Positions 52,159 to 64,000 of a stretch of 64,000 nucleotides of DNA are shown here, piece after piece. The DNA comes from Octopus vulgaris (Eukaryota). Where the stretch lies: positions 37,324,001 through 37,388,000 of the forward strand of contig OX597836.1 in NCBI GenBank assembly GCA_951406725.2. The letters are read 5' to 3'. The first letter of the stretch is position 1. Each line of letters begins with the position of its first letter. The notes beneath the pieces were generated by a model. The model made no database searches. It was not told where the DNA came from and saw nothing but the letters and a program-made list of their open reading frames with translations. A program made the position numbers and the translations under genes.

Positions 52159-52528
52159 TTCGTATATGCAGAACATTTTGGTATACGTGTAGCGGACTTT
52201 TAAATAACCGTTATTTTTGATACGCTAAAAAAACGTTCAGCAAAGTCAGGAAAGAGAATCAGGGAAAATATAGATACGCAGTCACGTCACAAACCATGCC
52301 ACGTTTCGTATTGTTTTTTCTCTCTCTTTCTCCATCTCCATATCAATTTCTCTCTCTCTCTCTCTCTCTCTCTCAACTTTCTGCTCTTCCTCTTGCGTGT
52401 ATACTTTCACTCCCACTCTTACTCACCTTCTCACCCACTTATTTTTCATTTTTAAATCCACTGACTTATGTTTTCTTTCGATACATACTTGTGTGTATTT
52501 TTCTGTATGTGTGCGTGTGTGCGTGTTC

Positions 52529-53106
52529 TATTTCTTTACTACCCACGAGGGGCTAAACACAGAGAGAACAAACAAGGACAGACATAGGTATTAAGTCGAT
52601 TACATCGACCGCCAGTGCGTAACTGGTACTTAATTTATCGACCCCGAAAGGATGAAAGGCAAAGTCGACCTCGGCGGAATTTGAACTCAAAACATAGCGA
52701 CAGACGAAATAGCTATTTCTTTATTACCCACAAGGGGCTAAACACAGAGAGAACAAACAAGGACAGACACACGGATTAAGTCGATTACATCGACCCCCAG
52801 TGCGTAGCTGGTACTTAATTAATCGACCCCGAAAGGATGAAAGGCAAAGTCGACCTCAGCGGAATTTGAACTCAGAACGTAGCAACAGACGAAATACCTA
52901 TTTCTTTACTACTCACAAGGGGCTACATACAGAGAGGACAAACAATTGAAGTCGATTACATCGACCCCAGTGCGTAACTAGTACTTAAATAATCGACCCC
53001 GAAAGGATGAAAGGCAAAGTCGACCTCGGCGGAATTTGAACACAGTAGACGAAATACTGCTAAGCATTTCGCCCGGCTTGCTAACCTTTCTGCCAGCTCG
53101 CCGCCT
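52529..53106 (-). mobile_element. SINE-A trimer
   Basis: Three bodies and one head; single 17-bp TSD tgcgtgtgtgcgtgttc (52512-52528/53107-53123). Confidence 0.92.
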
Positions 53107-53739
53107 TGCGTGTGTGCGTGTTCGTTTCTTCGCTCTTCTTCCCCAATTCGAGCTAGCTTTATATTTTATTTTATCTAGTTTCAGCTCACGAGCTCTGGCC
53201 ATGCTGGAGCACCGCCATTTATATGTCTCCTTTCAGTGAGGTTTCAGTTTAAAAACTAACACCGCCGCCATCGCCAGCATTTACCATTTCTTTACTCTAA
53301 CTGCTACACTTTCTCCCTCTTTATCTCTCTTTCCATCTCTCCCCTTTTATCTCTCTTTCTCTATCTCCCTCTCTCTACCTTATTCCATCATCTACAACAC
53401 TATCACCGCCGTCCCCACTCTCCCCTCCGTCGCCTCTGCTACCACCACTACCACAACTACCTACTGTTTCTTCGTTTTTTTTTTTTTTCGTTTTTTTTTG
53501 CTATTTTAGTTACTTCCTCCGGTGTGACAAAAAAGGCAGGTAGCTTCATACTATTTTGTATTAGCATACAGGTGTGTCTAAAAGATCTGATTCTTATCCT
53601 CAACTCAACGTCACAGCTTTTATCTGCCACTCAACCTGTTAGAAATAGAAGCCAAATTTGTCTTAGATTACAACACCACTGAAGACATGTGGAATGAAGT
53701 GTCTTTGGATAGCCTGCACATTGGAAGGGGGAAAGACGG

Positions 53740-54166
53740 GGATCTTTTCGGTTTAACCGGCAGTTTTTTAAAACAATTTCCACGTAGCTAAACACTTTTA
53801 AACTTCGTATACTGGTAGAATGTGTTTATAAAACATCTTTTTCTCTTGGCTTTATTGAGAAAATTCTATAGTTTGTAAGATATTTGCTGTTTTTTTTCTT
53901 CAATTTCTGCAATTTCAACCAATCAATGATGTCTATTGAGGTGAAAACATTCTGTGCTGTATGAATATGTCCCTCGTTTAAGAAACAGATTGGGTTTATT
54001 TACATTTCTGAAGAAAGAAATATACCCTTCCCCCCACCCCTAACCTTAACTTACCCTAACCCTAAAACAGATTAAAATGCAATAGATCGATATTAGGGTC
54101 ATAATTATGGGTGACAATTTCATATGACACCGCTAGAAAAAACTGCCGTTCAAACCGAAAAGATCC
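53740..54166. mobile_element. MITE with GG..CC termini and 8-bp TSD (Merlin-like)
   Basis: TIR ggatcttttcggttt.a.cggcagttttt / aaaaactgccgttcaaaccgaaaagatcc; TSD aaagacgg/aaaggcgg; internal ccctaa repeats at 54038-54066. Confidence 0.85.
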
Positions 54167-54589
54167 AAAGGCGGTATTTTCGAGATTGAAGTCTAATTGA
54201 CCATAGGTTTTCTCGGTTACAACTCACCCTATGCTAGCGGTAAGAACAACACGGCAATAACTTGAGTCATTGAGAATGCGTTGAATATAGTTTCATGTCC
54301 AGCAAGAAACGAAAACGAAGAATAGTTTCGTTTGATCTCAACAGTGTTCCTAATTATCTGAAGAAATCAGAAGAAATATTTCTCTCAGTATTAACCAATA
54401 CCTTAATAGTTTTCTTTACTCTCTTAATATATAATCAGTGTTTCAATGCACTTAATACAACTAAGTATTGTGAACATTAAAATATTAGCGGTGGTAGGGT
54501 TACATTGCTACATGTATGTGTGTATGTGTATTTGTGTGTATGTGTATTTGTGTGTGTGTGTGTAAGGCCATATATTATTGTAGCAGTGA

Positions 54590-54897
54590 AAATGCGTGGC
54601 TTAGTGGTTCGGGTGTTCAGCTCATGATGATACGGTTGTGAGTTCGATAACAGGTGACGCGTTATGTCCTTCGGTAAGCCACTTCATTTCACGTTGGTCC
54701 ACTCCACTCAGCCCTCAAAAATCGCTAGTACCTGTATTTCAAAGGGCCAGTCTTGTTGCATTCGGTGTCAAGCTGAATCTCCTTGGGAACTACGTTAAAG
54801 TTACGCGTGTCTGTGGAGTACACAGCCACTTGCACGTATATTCCACGAGCATGTTCTTCCGTTCATCGCATCATCTTGAACATTCGCCGTTGTAAAC
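54590..54897 (+). mobile_element. SINE-D, diverged
   Basis: Head and tail matches; flanking direct repeat tattattgtagc. Confidence 0.8.
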
Positions 54898-54938
54898 AAG
54901 TATTATTGTAGCCTTCTATCACTGTATTATATAGCCCA

Positions 54939-55164
54939 GGAGCTGGCAGAAACGTTAGCACGCCGGGCGAAATGCGTAGCTGTATTTCGTCTGCCGTTAC
55001 GTTCTGAGTTCAAATTCCGCCGAGTTCGACTTTGCCTTTCATCCTTTCGGGGTCGATTAAATAAGTACCAGTTACGCACTGGGGTCGATGTAATCGACTT
55101 AATCCGTTTGCCTGTCCTTGTTTGTCCCCTCTGTGTCTAGCCCCTTGCAGGTAGTAAAGAAATA
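54939..55164 (+). mobile_element. SINE-A
   Basis: Consensus match; 16-bp TSD tgtattatatagccca. Confidence 0.93.
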
Positions 55165-56077
55165 TGTATTATATAGCCCATATTTAACCCAAAATACAAA
55201 CCCATAAACTTGTTAAAATAAAAATATGTCAAAAATAATTTTTTTTATTTCGATGATTAGTCTTTGGTTCAGTTTCGATTCCTAAACTCCGAGTTTTTCT
55301 GATCAGACTCTGAACCAAACAATCAATCAATTTATCAAAAGCAGAGCAAAGGAGAAAATATTTGGTCGTCGAATATGCTATTTATTATAAACGATAATTG
55401 TATTGCACAATAGCTGCAGGTGACTTGAAATCCCTCTGTCTTTTTGTTTTTATGTATTAAACTACGTGGTTTATATTTTATCCTTTATATTCCTATTTGA
55501 TATATATTTTATGGGTTATATAGTGGGATTTTAGTGCCCTTGAATTGACTTTTGCACATCTCTGAAGATGATGGCATTAATATACTTTATTTTCAACCTG
55601 AGAGCTGCCGGATAGAAAGCGGGAATAGAATTTCAAATGAATCAGAAAGGATTAGGTGAAGTGGTTAATGGGAGGAGTGACTTCTCCATAAACCTCAACG
55701 ATAAATCCTCGAACAGTTATTATACGTTATATATCTATAGAGCTCTTAGCACTTCTTTTGATGCTACCAGGAATATTCTACTTGAGCGCAAGCTTTAATA
55801 GAAATCACTGTCAAATCTTCTTCAGTTCGTACACTACCGTCTTAAAAGAGGGAGGACACGTTGGATAATATTGATCATTTCATGCATGGAAAAATGGGAT
55901 TGTCACGTTTGGAAAAGATTTCATCGTGTGTTTCATGGATCAGGGGCTGACATGTAACTAAACGATAGCAAAGGGAGGGACGGCAGGGATTAAGGTCCTC
56001 CAAGGTGCAAAATGCCGGATAAAAGACTCTGTTCACATTTTACAACGACGGTAACAATGAAAGCAACAACAACAACA

Positions 56078-57198
56078 GTGGAGGTGCAATGACCCAGTGG
56101 TTAGGGCAGCGGATTCGCGGTCGTAAGAACGCGGTTTCGATTCCCAGATAGCGCATTAGGCCACAAAGAATAATCCCTAAGTCGAGCCTACTCTAAGCAA
56201 CTAAGAATGCGTGCGGCAACTTCAAGATCCACCCACTATACACGATAGACTGGCGGTTGCACGGGCGCGAAAGCTACGTCATTATCCTCATTCCGTAAAC
56301 GGTGGCTCTTAACGGGTGGAGAGCTGAACCATCATGCGGTACAGAGGATTCGCAATCTAGACTAGGGTCTGAAAGTTTTACCACACCATAGTGGGTTACA
56401 CCATGATTTCTCTGCTTTGTGGCAGTTCACCCTACCCCCACCCGCCGGAGCCTTGTGGAGCTTACGTCTTTTAGCTCAATAAACACAACACTCACAATGC
56501 GCTGTCTGGGAATCGAAACCGCATTCTTACGACCGTGAGTCCGTTGCCCTAACCACTGGACCATTGCACCTCCACAGCTGCTGTTGTTGCTGTTGTTATT
56601 GTTGTTGTTAAGCAACAAAACGGGTAAGGGTGATTAGGTGATGGTCTAGTGCTTAGGGAGACCCCAGACCTTGGAATAAAAACTTTGATCGTCTAGTTGT
56701 AGTCCAGGGTTCTTCGTTGACATCCGACACCACTGGAAGGTGGCCCTCGAAGTCGCTGAAAATGGAGATCTCCAGGTCCAAATTCTTGAACGGCTGCTGT
56801 TGTTGCTGGTGCTGGTTGCTGCTGTTGCTGTTGAGCGAAGCGGTCTTCGTCCCAGAGCTCACAGTGGGATAAGTCCGAATCGTGGTCCTTTGCTATTAGT
56901 AAGACCCACAGAAGAGAAAGCAGGTCGACCCCCGACACCGGGAGCATTGACGGATGGATGAATGCGCATCCAGGCTCAGCAGTTGTGTAGGAAGTCGGGG
57001 ACCAGAAACAGGAAGAAAGAGTGAGAGAAAGTTGGGGCGAAAGAATATAACAGGAGTCGCAACCACCCCCTGCCGGAGCCTCGTGGAGCTTTTACGTGTT
57101 TTCGCTCAATAAACAAACACAACGCCCGGTCTGGGAATCGAAACCGCGATCCTCCGACCGCGAGTTCGCTGCCCTAACCACTGGGCCATTGCGCCTCC
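56078..57198. mobile_element. Cluster of three SINE-C-type tRNA heads (56078-56155 +; 56427-56575 -; 57003-57198 -) with non-SINE-C bodies
   Basis: ggagg.gcaatg..ccagtggttagggca..ggtttcgattcccaga three times, each preceded by a (CAA/CAG)n run; GC-richer unique sequence between them. Confidence 0.75.
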
Positions 57199-57866
57199 TC
57201 TGCTGTTGTTGCTGGTGCTGATGGTGCTGGTGCTGGTGCTGCTGACGGTACTGGTGGTGCTGGTGGTGTTGTTGCGGGTCGTGGTCGTGGTTGTAGTGGT
57301 GGTGTCATTGTCAGTGTCATTGTAAAAATCTCCCCTGACAGAAAAAATATGTCTGACTTATTTATTTTGTTTCTTTATTTTCCGACACAGTAAACCAAAC
57401 AGTAACTTTTCAGATGCGTCCTTGAATTTATTTCAATTAGTTTTCTAAATAATGAAGAAATTAGTTAAATAATTTTGCTATTATTTAGCTGAGATTTAAA
57501 GTTAAATTTGCGTAAAAGTCTGGTGGCAAGTTTTAATTTAAATCGCATTAAAACAAGAAGTTTGAGTCGAAATTGGAGTGGACGGGTTTGGAAAGGGTAG
57601 AGGTTCGATATTGATTTGGTTGTAATTTCAAGCAGATCGAATAACCTCATAGTTATTCCCTGCATGGTGTTGCAATCGACGTTTTGACCATTTTTATGCA
57701 GTTGTTGTACAGGTTTAGAGGTCAACTTTTATAGACTTGACCAACATGAATGCTTCGGAACATCCTAAAAGATAAAAAAAGAATTCAGTCGGCAAGCACT
57801 AGATTTTAAACACTCAAGTACGCCGGACGCCCGCAAACACACAACACACGCACACACACACACACA

Positions 57867-57897
<31 letters not shown>

Positions 57898-59403
57898 ACT
57901 CTCTCTAACTCTCAAACACACACAGATTCACACTTTCACACACATTCTCATGCACACACGCACACATCACAGATGCACGCGCACACACACACATATACAC
58001 ACATACATATATATGCACATATATTTATATATATATAGATCGATATAGATATTTGTGCACACAGATATGTATATATATATATATATAATACACACATACA
58101 TGTATGTATATACATAGTTATGTGTACGTGTGTGTGTGTGTGTGCATGCATGTGAGATAGATTGAAAGAGAGTGTATGCATGTATACACATTTGTATATA
58201 TTGCATGCGACATATCAATCTGTAAATATATATATATTCAAAATAGAAACACACATACATACACATGCACACACATATGCACAAACATACACATAAACAC
58301 ACACAAGCACATACACAAAAACACATATCCCATACGCAGAATGACTGAATCGTTTTGTTGTTGTAGTTAATGTGAATATCTTTGTCGTTACTGACTTCGT
58401 TAGAAGCGTCTGCGGCAGCGGTGGAGGTATGTTTTGGTGATGAGAGCGGGGAGCGTTGGTGAAATGTGGTCGTAGTCAGGTGGAATATGGCTGTGGATAA
58501 AGATGGGGGAAGGTTATGCATATAGAAAGCGAGGTGGGGATGAGGCGGTGGTATTTCCAGCTGAATATAGCCATTATACAGGAAATGCCGGGTTCCCTCT
58601 CACTTATTACTGATAATGTAAAGCGCTTCCCGTGTCATAACTTCAAAAAGACAAAAATATCAATTTCATAAATTCAGCCTCCTTTGAAAATGGCGGAATT
58701 GTTAGTAAATCGATAAACATCAAACAACATTATATTGCAGCAAATATGGCGTCACATTAAGTGGAACCTCGGTTCACCGAAACGATGATTATCTAGCATC
58801 ACAGAGTCCCATCATTTAACTGTGAGTGTCTGTTTAATTGTTGATAGAAGACAAATGTTAGAAATATATTCACGCCGTATCAAACGTAATTGTTGCAAAA
58901 TACATTGAAACACAATTTATTATTTTGTATATTACAAGTGATCAAGTTAAGGCAATGGGACAGCCCCTGCTTGGTCACTTGAATCGCTATAAGTAACGAA
59001 ATCGATTTTAATCGGACACTATGGTGGTTTATTTTAAGTTAGAGGGACACCATGTTGTATTATGTTGTTCTAGATATATATGAGTAACAAAACGTAAGAC
59101 TAGATGGCCACGTCTGGAATAGCAACTAAATGAACCACTACGGAAGATTCTACTTCATGATGCCAACCAATGTCCTTCAAGCCATCCCCTATCGTCTAAA
59201 CACGGAAATCTACATCGAATTGTATGTACGTACGTATGTATGAATAGATGGATAAATGGATATATGGATGGGTGGATGTATACATGTGTATGCGTGTGTG
59301 CGTATTAAGGAAGTGTGTACACTATTTCCAACACGCAGACACAAAATCACATACACACACACACTCATATATATCCATCTCTCTCTTTTTCTCTCTCTCT
59401 CTC

Positions 59404-59482
<79 letters not shown>

Positions 59483-59612
59483 CCAATCGGCAGAAGTTGC
59501 GAAATGATTCAAGAGCTGTTGAAATCTCAAGCCTTAAATTAAGTTGTCACTTCTGTTGATTAAAATGTTCAGATATAACAACTACTTAAATTATTGGGTT
59601 CTATTTCTCGAA

Positions 59613-59652
<40 letters not shown>

Positions 59653-59862
59653 AGTTAATCCAAACATGAACAAAGAGAAAACACAACAAGGCGAGGACGT
59701 GGAACAAATTTAGTGTTATTGGACGCTCAAGAAAGGAAAGGAAAGAAAGAAGGAGTTTTCACATTTCGAGCGGAGCTCTTCGTCAGAAATATAGAAAAAA
59801 AAGAAAAAATCCAAGGAAGGGAAGACGGAGAAAGAAAATCGCCAACGAAACACACGCTATCA
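59653..59862 (-). mobile_element. Family P1 pLTR-like element with a mutated hammerhead motif (59756-59790)
   Basis: CUGACGA-A-GAGCUCCGCUC-GAAAU-GUG; abuts (TA)n. Confidence 0.75.
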
Positions 59863-59958
59863 CATATTGAAATATAAAGTGTGTGTGCGTATATATATGC
59901 ATATATACACACACACAAACACTTTATACATATATACATATGTATACATATATATACA

Positions 59959-59999
<41 letters not shown>

Positions 60000-61272
60000 C
60001 TATATACCCATATATATACACAAACATATATATACATACATATATATATACATATATACATATATATACATACATATGTATATATATATATATATATATG
60101 CATACATGCACACACACCCACACACACAAACACACACACACACACATATATATATATATTTAAAGAGAGAGAGAGAGAGAGAGTCTGTAGGTGGGGTGGG
60201 GGCCTGCATATGTGCCTTACGCATTCGAAAAGTGAGTCTCCGATTTTGACAAATGATGTCTCAAAAGATTCAGTAATCTTTCAGCGACCAAATACACTTA
60301 ATTTTTATTTACATATTTTCTACATCATCTCAACAACCAGCAATAGTTATTTGAAATAACATCTCTAGAACGCCCAGGTTTCATTAGAAAGTGAAAATAG
60401 TTGCACACTTTCAATTTGAACCAAAATTAGAAAGTGCTGCCTTACGTGAGTGACGATGTGTGAATAATGAAAATAGTGTTTCTCCGGATTATTCACATCT
60501 ATCTATCTATCATCTATCTATCTATCAAATGAACTATGTTTTTGGCACAACAACTCTTTTTACTACTAAAATAAGCTCGGAAACGAGGTCGGGTCGCACA
60601 ATATTGAGGTCGTTTCAAGCAACATCAAAATTACCAACAGCTCACCATACACGTATAAGAAAACGGAATAGAACCGTGAGTTCAGGGGCAATTTCATTCG
60701 TCATCTACTATAAATTCATATGTTTGAACCTAAAAAATAAATCAATGATTTTCAGTAAGAAAGGACGATAACTTGGTAGAAACTTTAGAGAGCCAGACAT
60801 TAATGTTTTCAGCTCTGATCATCTGTATTCTGATTAGATTTAACTTAGTAGAATTACAGTCACCCAAGAATCTATAAAATATACATAAGTATTAGTGATA
60901 TACTTGGTTTCAATTCGATTGGCAATGGGCGGCACTGGGTTAAGGTATCAAAGTAATTAGTCAGATTTTCTTTCAAATCAGGTTTAAAAACACTTTAGCA
61001 TTCGTCTGTCCATGTTTATCATTTAGGTACCATTTCTGGAGAAATGCCATTTGGATTGGTCTTGCTCCACAAATTGATAGCCTTAAATTTTAAGTACAAA
61101 TAAAATATATTCAAAACATACAGTAAATGGTTAAACAGAAACCTACAACTAAATGAAAACTTTCAAAGCTATTCTATTTTTTAAATGAACATAAAATGTT
61201 GAGAAAATAATTTCTCAAAATGTTTGAAATTAGACACGAATACTTCTCTTCAATTTAAATAAAATGTACATT

Positions 61273-61338
<66 letters not shown>

Positions 61339-62177
61339 GATTGTTAGATAGATTGATAGATAGATAGATAGCTATCAGTTAAAACACATATTCACACACA
61401 CAAACACACATATATACATTTATAAATACATAAATACAAACATGCATGCATATATAATACATATAGATAGATAGATACAAGCATATATATATACGTATAT
61501 GCCTAGTTACACGCATTTCAATGTTTGTTTAGTTAAATACTTGATTTCCGACAGCAGCCTACAGCTATGTTTAACGTAAGAGACCGGTCACCGTAAGTGC
61601 TTGTAAAGCTGATCCGCCATATTTGTCAATTGGTTATTTCATCGAACATAAAGCTGAATAAAATGTCTCCTGCTGTTTCTAGACATCCACTTACATCTAA
61701 AGTGTTTTCTTATCAAACTTTTTTTGTCTTTTCTATCGGCCCTCTTACTGAATGTCTGTCATTTTTCAACGACTCCAGTACGCTGGCTTAGCGACAATTC
61801 TGTTATACTATATATTTATCTTAATTTATTAATTTGTACTTCAACATTTATATCAACTTTCCTACGTGATTTATCATGATTTACCGAAAGAATTATCAGT
61901 TTGATTGTTTATTTGAACGCTGAAATCAAGTATTTAGTATCAGAAATAAATGTATGCCTACTCAATACGTCATAACATTTAGCTTAATGTTAAATATTGT
62001 CTTCACTTAAACGATAACAAAACATTAAGGTATACACGAATGGTGGCCATGAAATGAATTTCGTGTGTGAACAGGCGACAGAATCGATTATCTTTATAAA
62101 AATAACTTGAAATTTTTTGTTCTAAGAACAAATGAGCTGCAAATATAAATATTCAATCTCAGTTACATTGGTATATT

Positions 62178-62420
<243 letters not shown>

Positions 62421-62700
62421 TCTCCGTTGTCATCTTTCGACAACAACTTTGTTTTGTTCTAACTAAGATGGCGGACGCATCCCACCCTGTTCTATCACAG
62501 GTCTTTCCAAATTAGTCAGTAGTCACTGTACCACTGTCCCACATCAGATACTTGATCAACGGTTTCAAAATTGGACGCAATATTACCTAAGCATGAGTAA
62601 CTCACTTTAGCTTAATGGCTATTAAAGAATGCATATTACTTATATGAGTTAGGGAAAATGCTGCCTAACTAGGGACAGGACACTTCTAGTTGCGTTAGTG

Positions 62701-63007
<307 letters not shown>

Positions 63008-63210
63008 GCCGCACAATTTCCAAGTTTTGCAGTCTCAGAGGTGTGTCTACATCTTCTGACTATGGACAACCAGTGAGGAGAAAATAAAGATGGCTTCTAG
63101 CTGCAGATATTCAGGATAATTCTTTGGTCAACACAAGATGCATAGATGCTTTGATAAATTAGAGTCACCAGATAATTTTAAATATATTTCCAGATGGTAT
63201 ACATTATACC

Positions 63211-63427
63211 TATTTCTCTACTACCCACAAGGGGCTAAACACAGACAGACAAAGGGATTAAGTCGATTATATCGTCCCCCAGTGCGTAACTGGTACTTAT
63301 TTAATCGGCCCCGAAAAGATGAAAGGCAAAGTCGACCTCGGCGGAATTTGAACTCAGAGCGTAGCGGCAGACGAAATACTGCTAAGCGTTTCGCCCGGCG
63401 TGCTAACGGTTCTGCCAGCTAGCCGCT
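63211..63427 (-). mobile_element. SINE-A
   Basis: Consensus match; 13-bp TSD tatacattatacc. Confidence 0.9.
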
Positions 63428-64000
63428 ATACATTATACCATTAACTGCACAATGACGTCAAGTAGTCGACGACTGGATACAGCTGAGTTTTGTTATTAAA
63501 TCTTATAACTCCAACTGTATTGAAGGTAACATGTGTTGAGTGTTACTTTCATTTGTTCCTTTACATATATAATGTAAGATCAATAAATATGGAATTAGAA
63601 CAAGACAGAGAGAAAAAACTTTGACAAATATGGTATTAGTTTTATGCATGCGTAGTAGAAAGGATTTGGAAGTGTTTTAACGTTTTAGATATTACTCCCT
63701 CTAACATAAAGTAAAAGAGAAGCAGAAAGGCATTAAAGAGGAAAAGAAACATATTGAGTGTATAAAAAAGAAAAAGATAGGTAAAAATTTATAAAGTTAA
63801 AAATTCAGGAAAGAAGGAATGGAGGTTGATGGTGAAGATTTATGAACAAAGTGGGAATACTATTCTGAAGAGTGATTTAAGGTAGTAGGAAGAAAACGCA
63901 CTTTCAAAGATCCTTATGTCACAGTATTTCGGTTTCTGAAATCGAGCATAAGAAAGAACATTGGACACATGAGGCTTGGAGGGGGAATATGCATGTGTAT

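Noticed and set aside
62464-62474. AAGATGGCGG YY1/start-like motif (also near 58688)
   Set aside because: Short isolated motif with no supporting exon or promoter structure

Overview
This is an AT-rich eukaryotic (animal) non-coding window with no convincing intact host gene. The dense microsatellites and SINE repertoire resemble octopus/cephalopod DNA (inference, not database-checked). Almost all listed ORFs are translations of simple repeats or SINEs. Supportable content is a stack of mobile-element debris: (i) tRNA-headed SINE families (working labels A-E), many with 11-18 bp target-site duplications (TSDs), including head-to-tail SINE-A multimers; (ii) Penelope-like element (PLE) relics: a GIY-YIG 3' end with inverted pseudo-LTR (pLTR), an RT fragment and two copies of a second GIY-YIG type; (iii) two Ty3/gypsy LTR-PBS-gag relics, an ORF1-only LINE relic and a CR1 3' end; (iv) three MITEs. 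The most notable signal is roughly a dozen minimal type-I hammerhead-ribozyme-like motifs from about nine apparently unrelated short families, mostly beside microsatellites. Several have a U3-A8 core, and two sit just downstream of old SINE copies. All coordinates, pairings and translations outside the ORF track were read by eye and may be off by a few bases.
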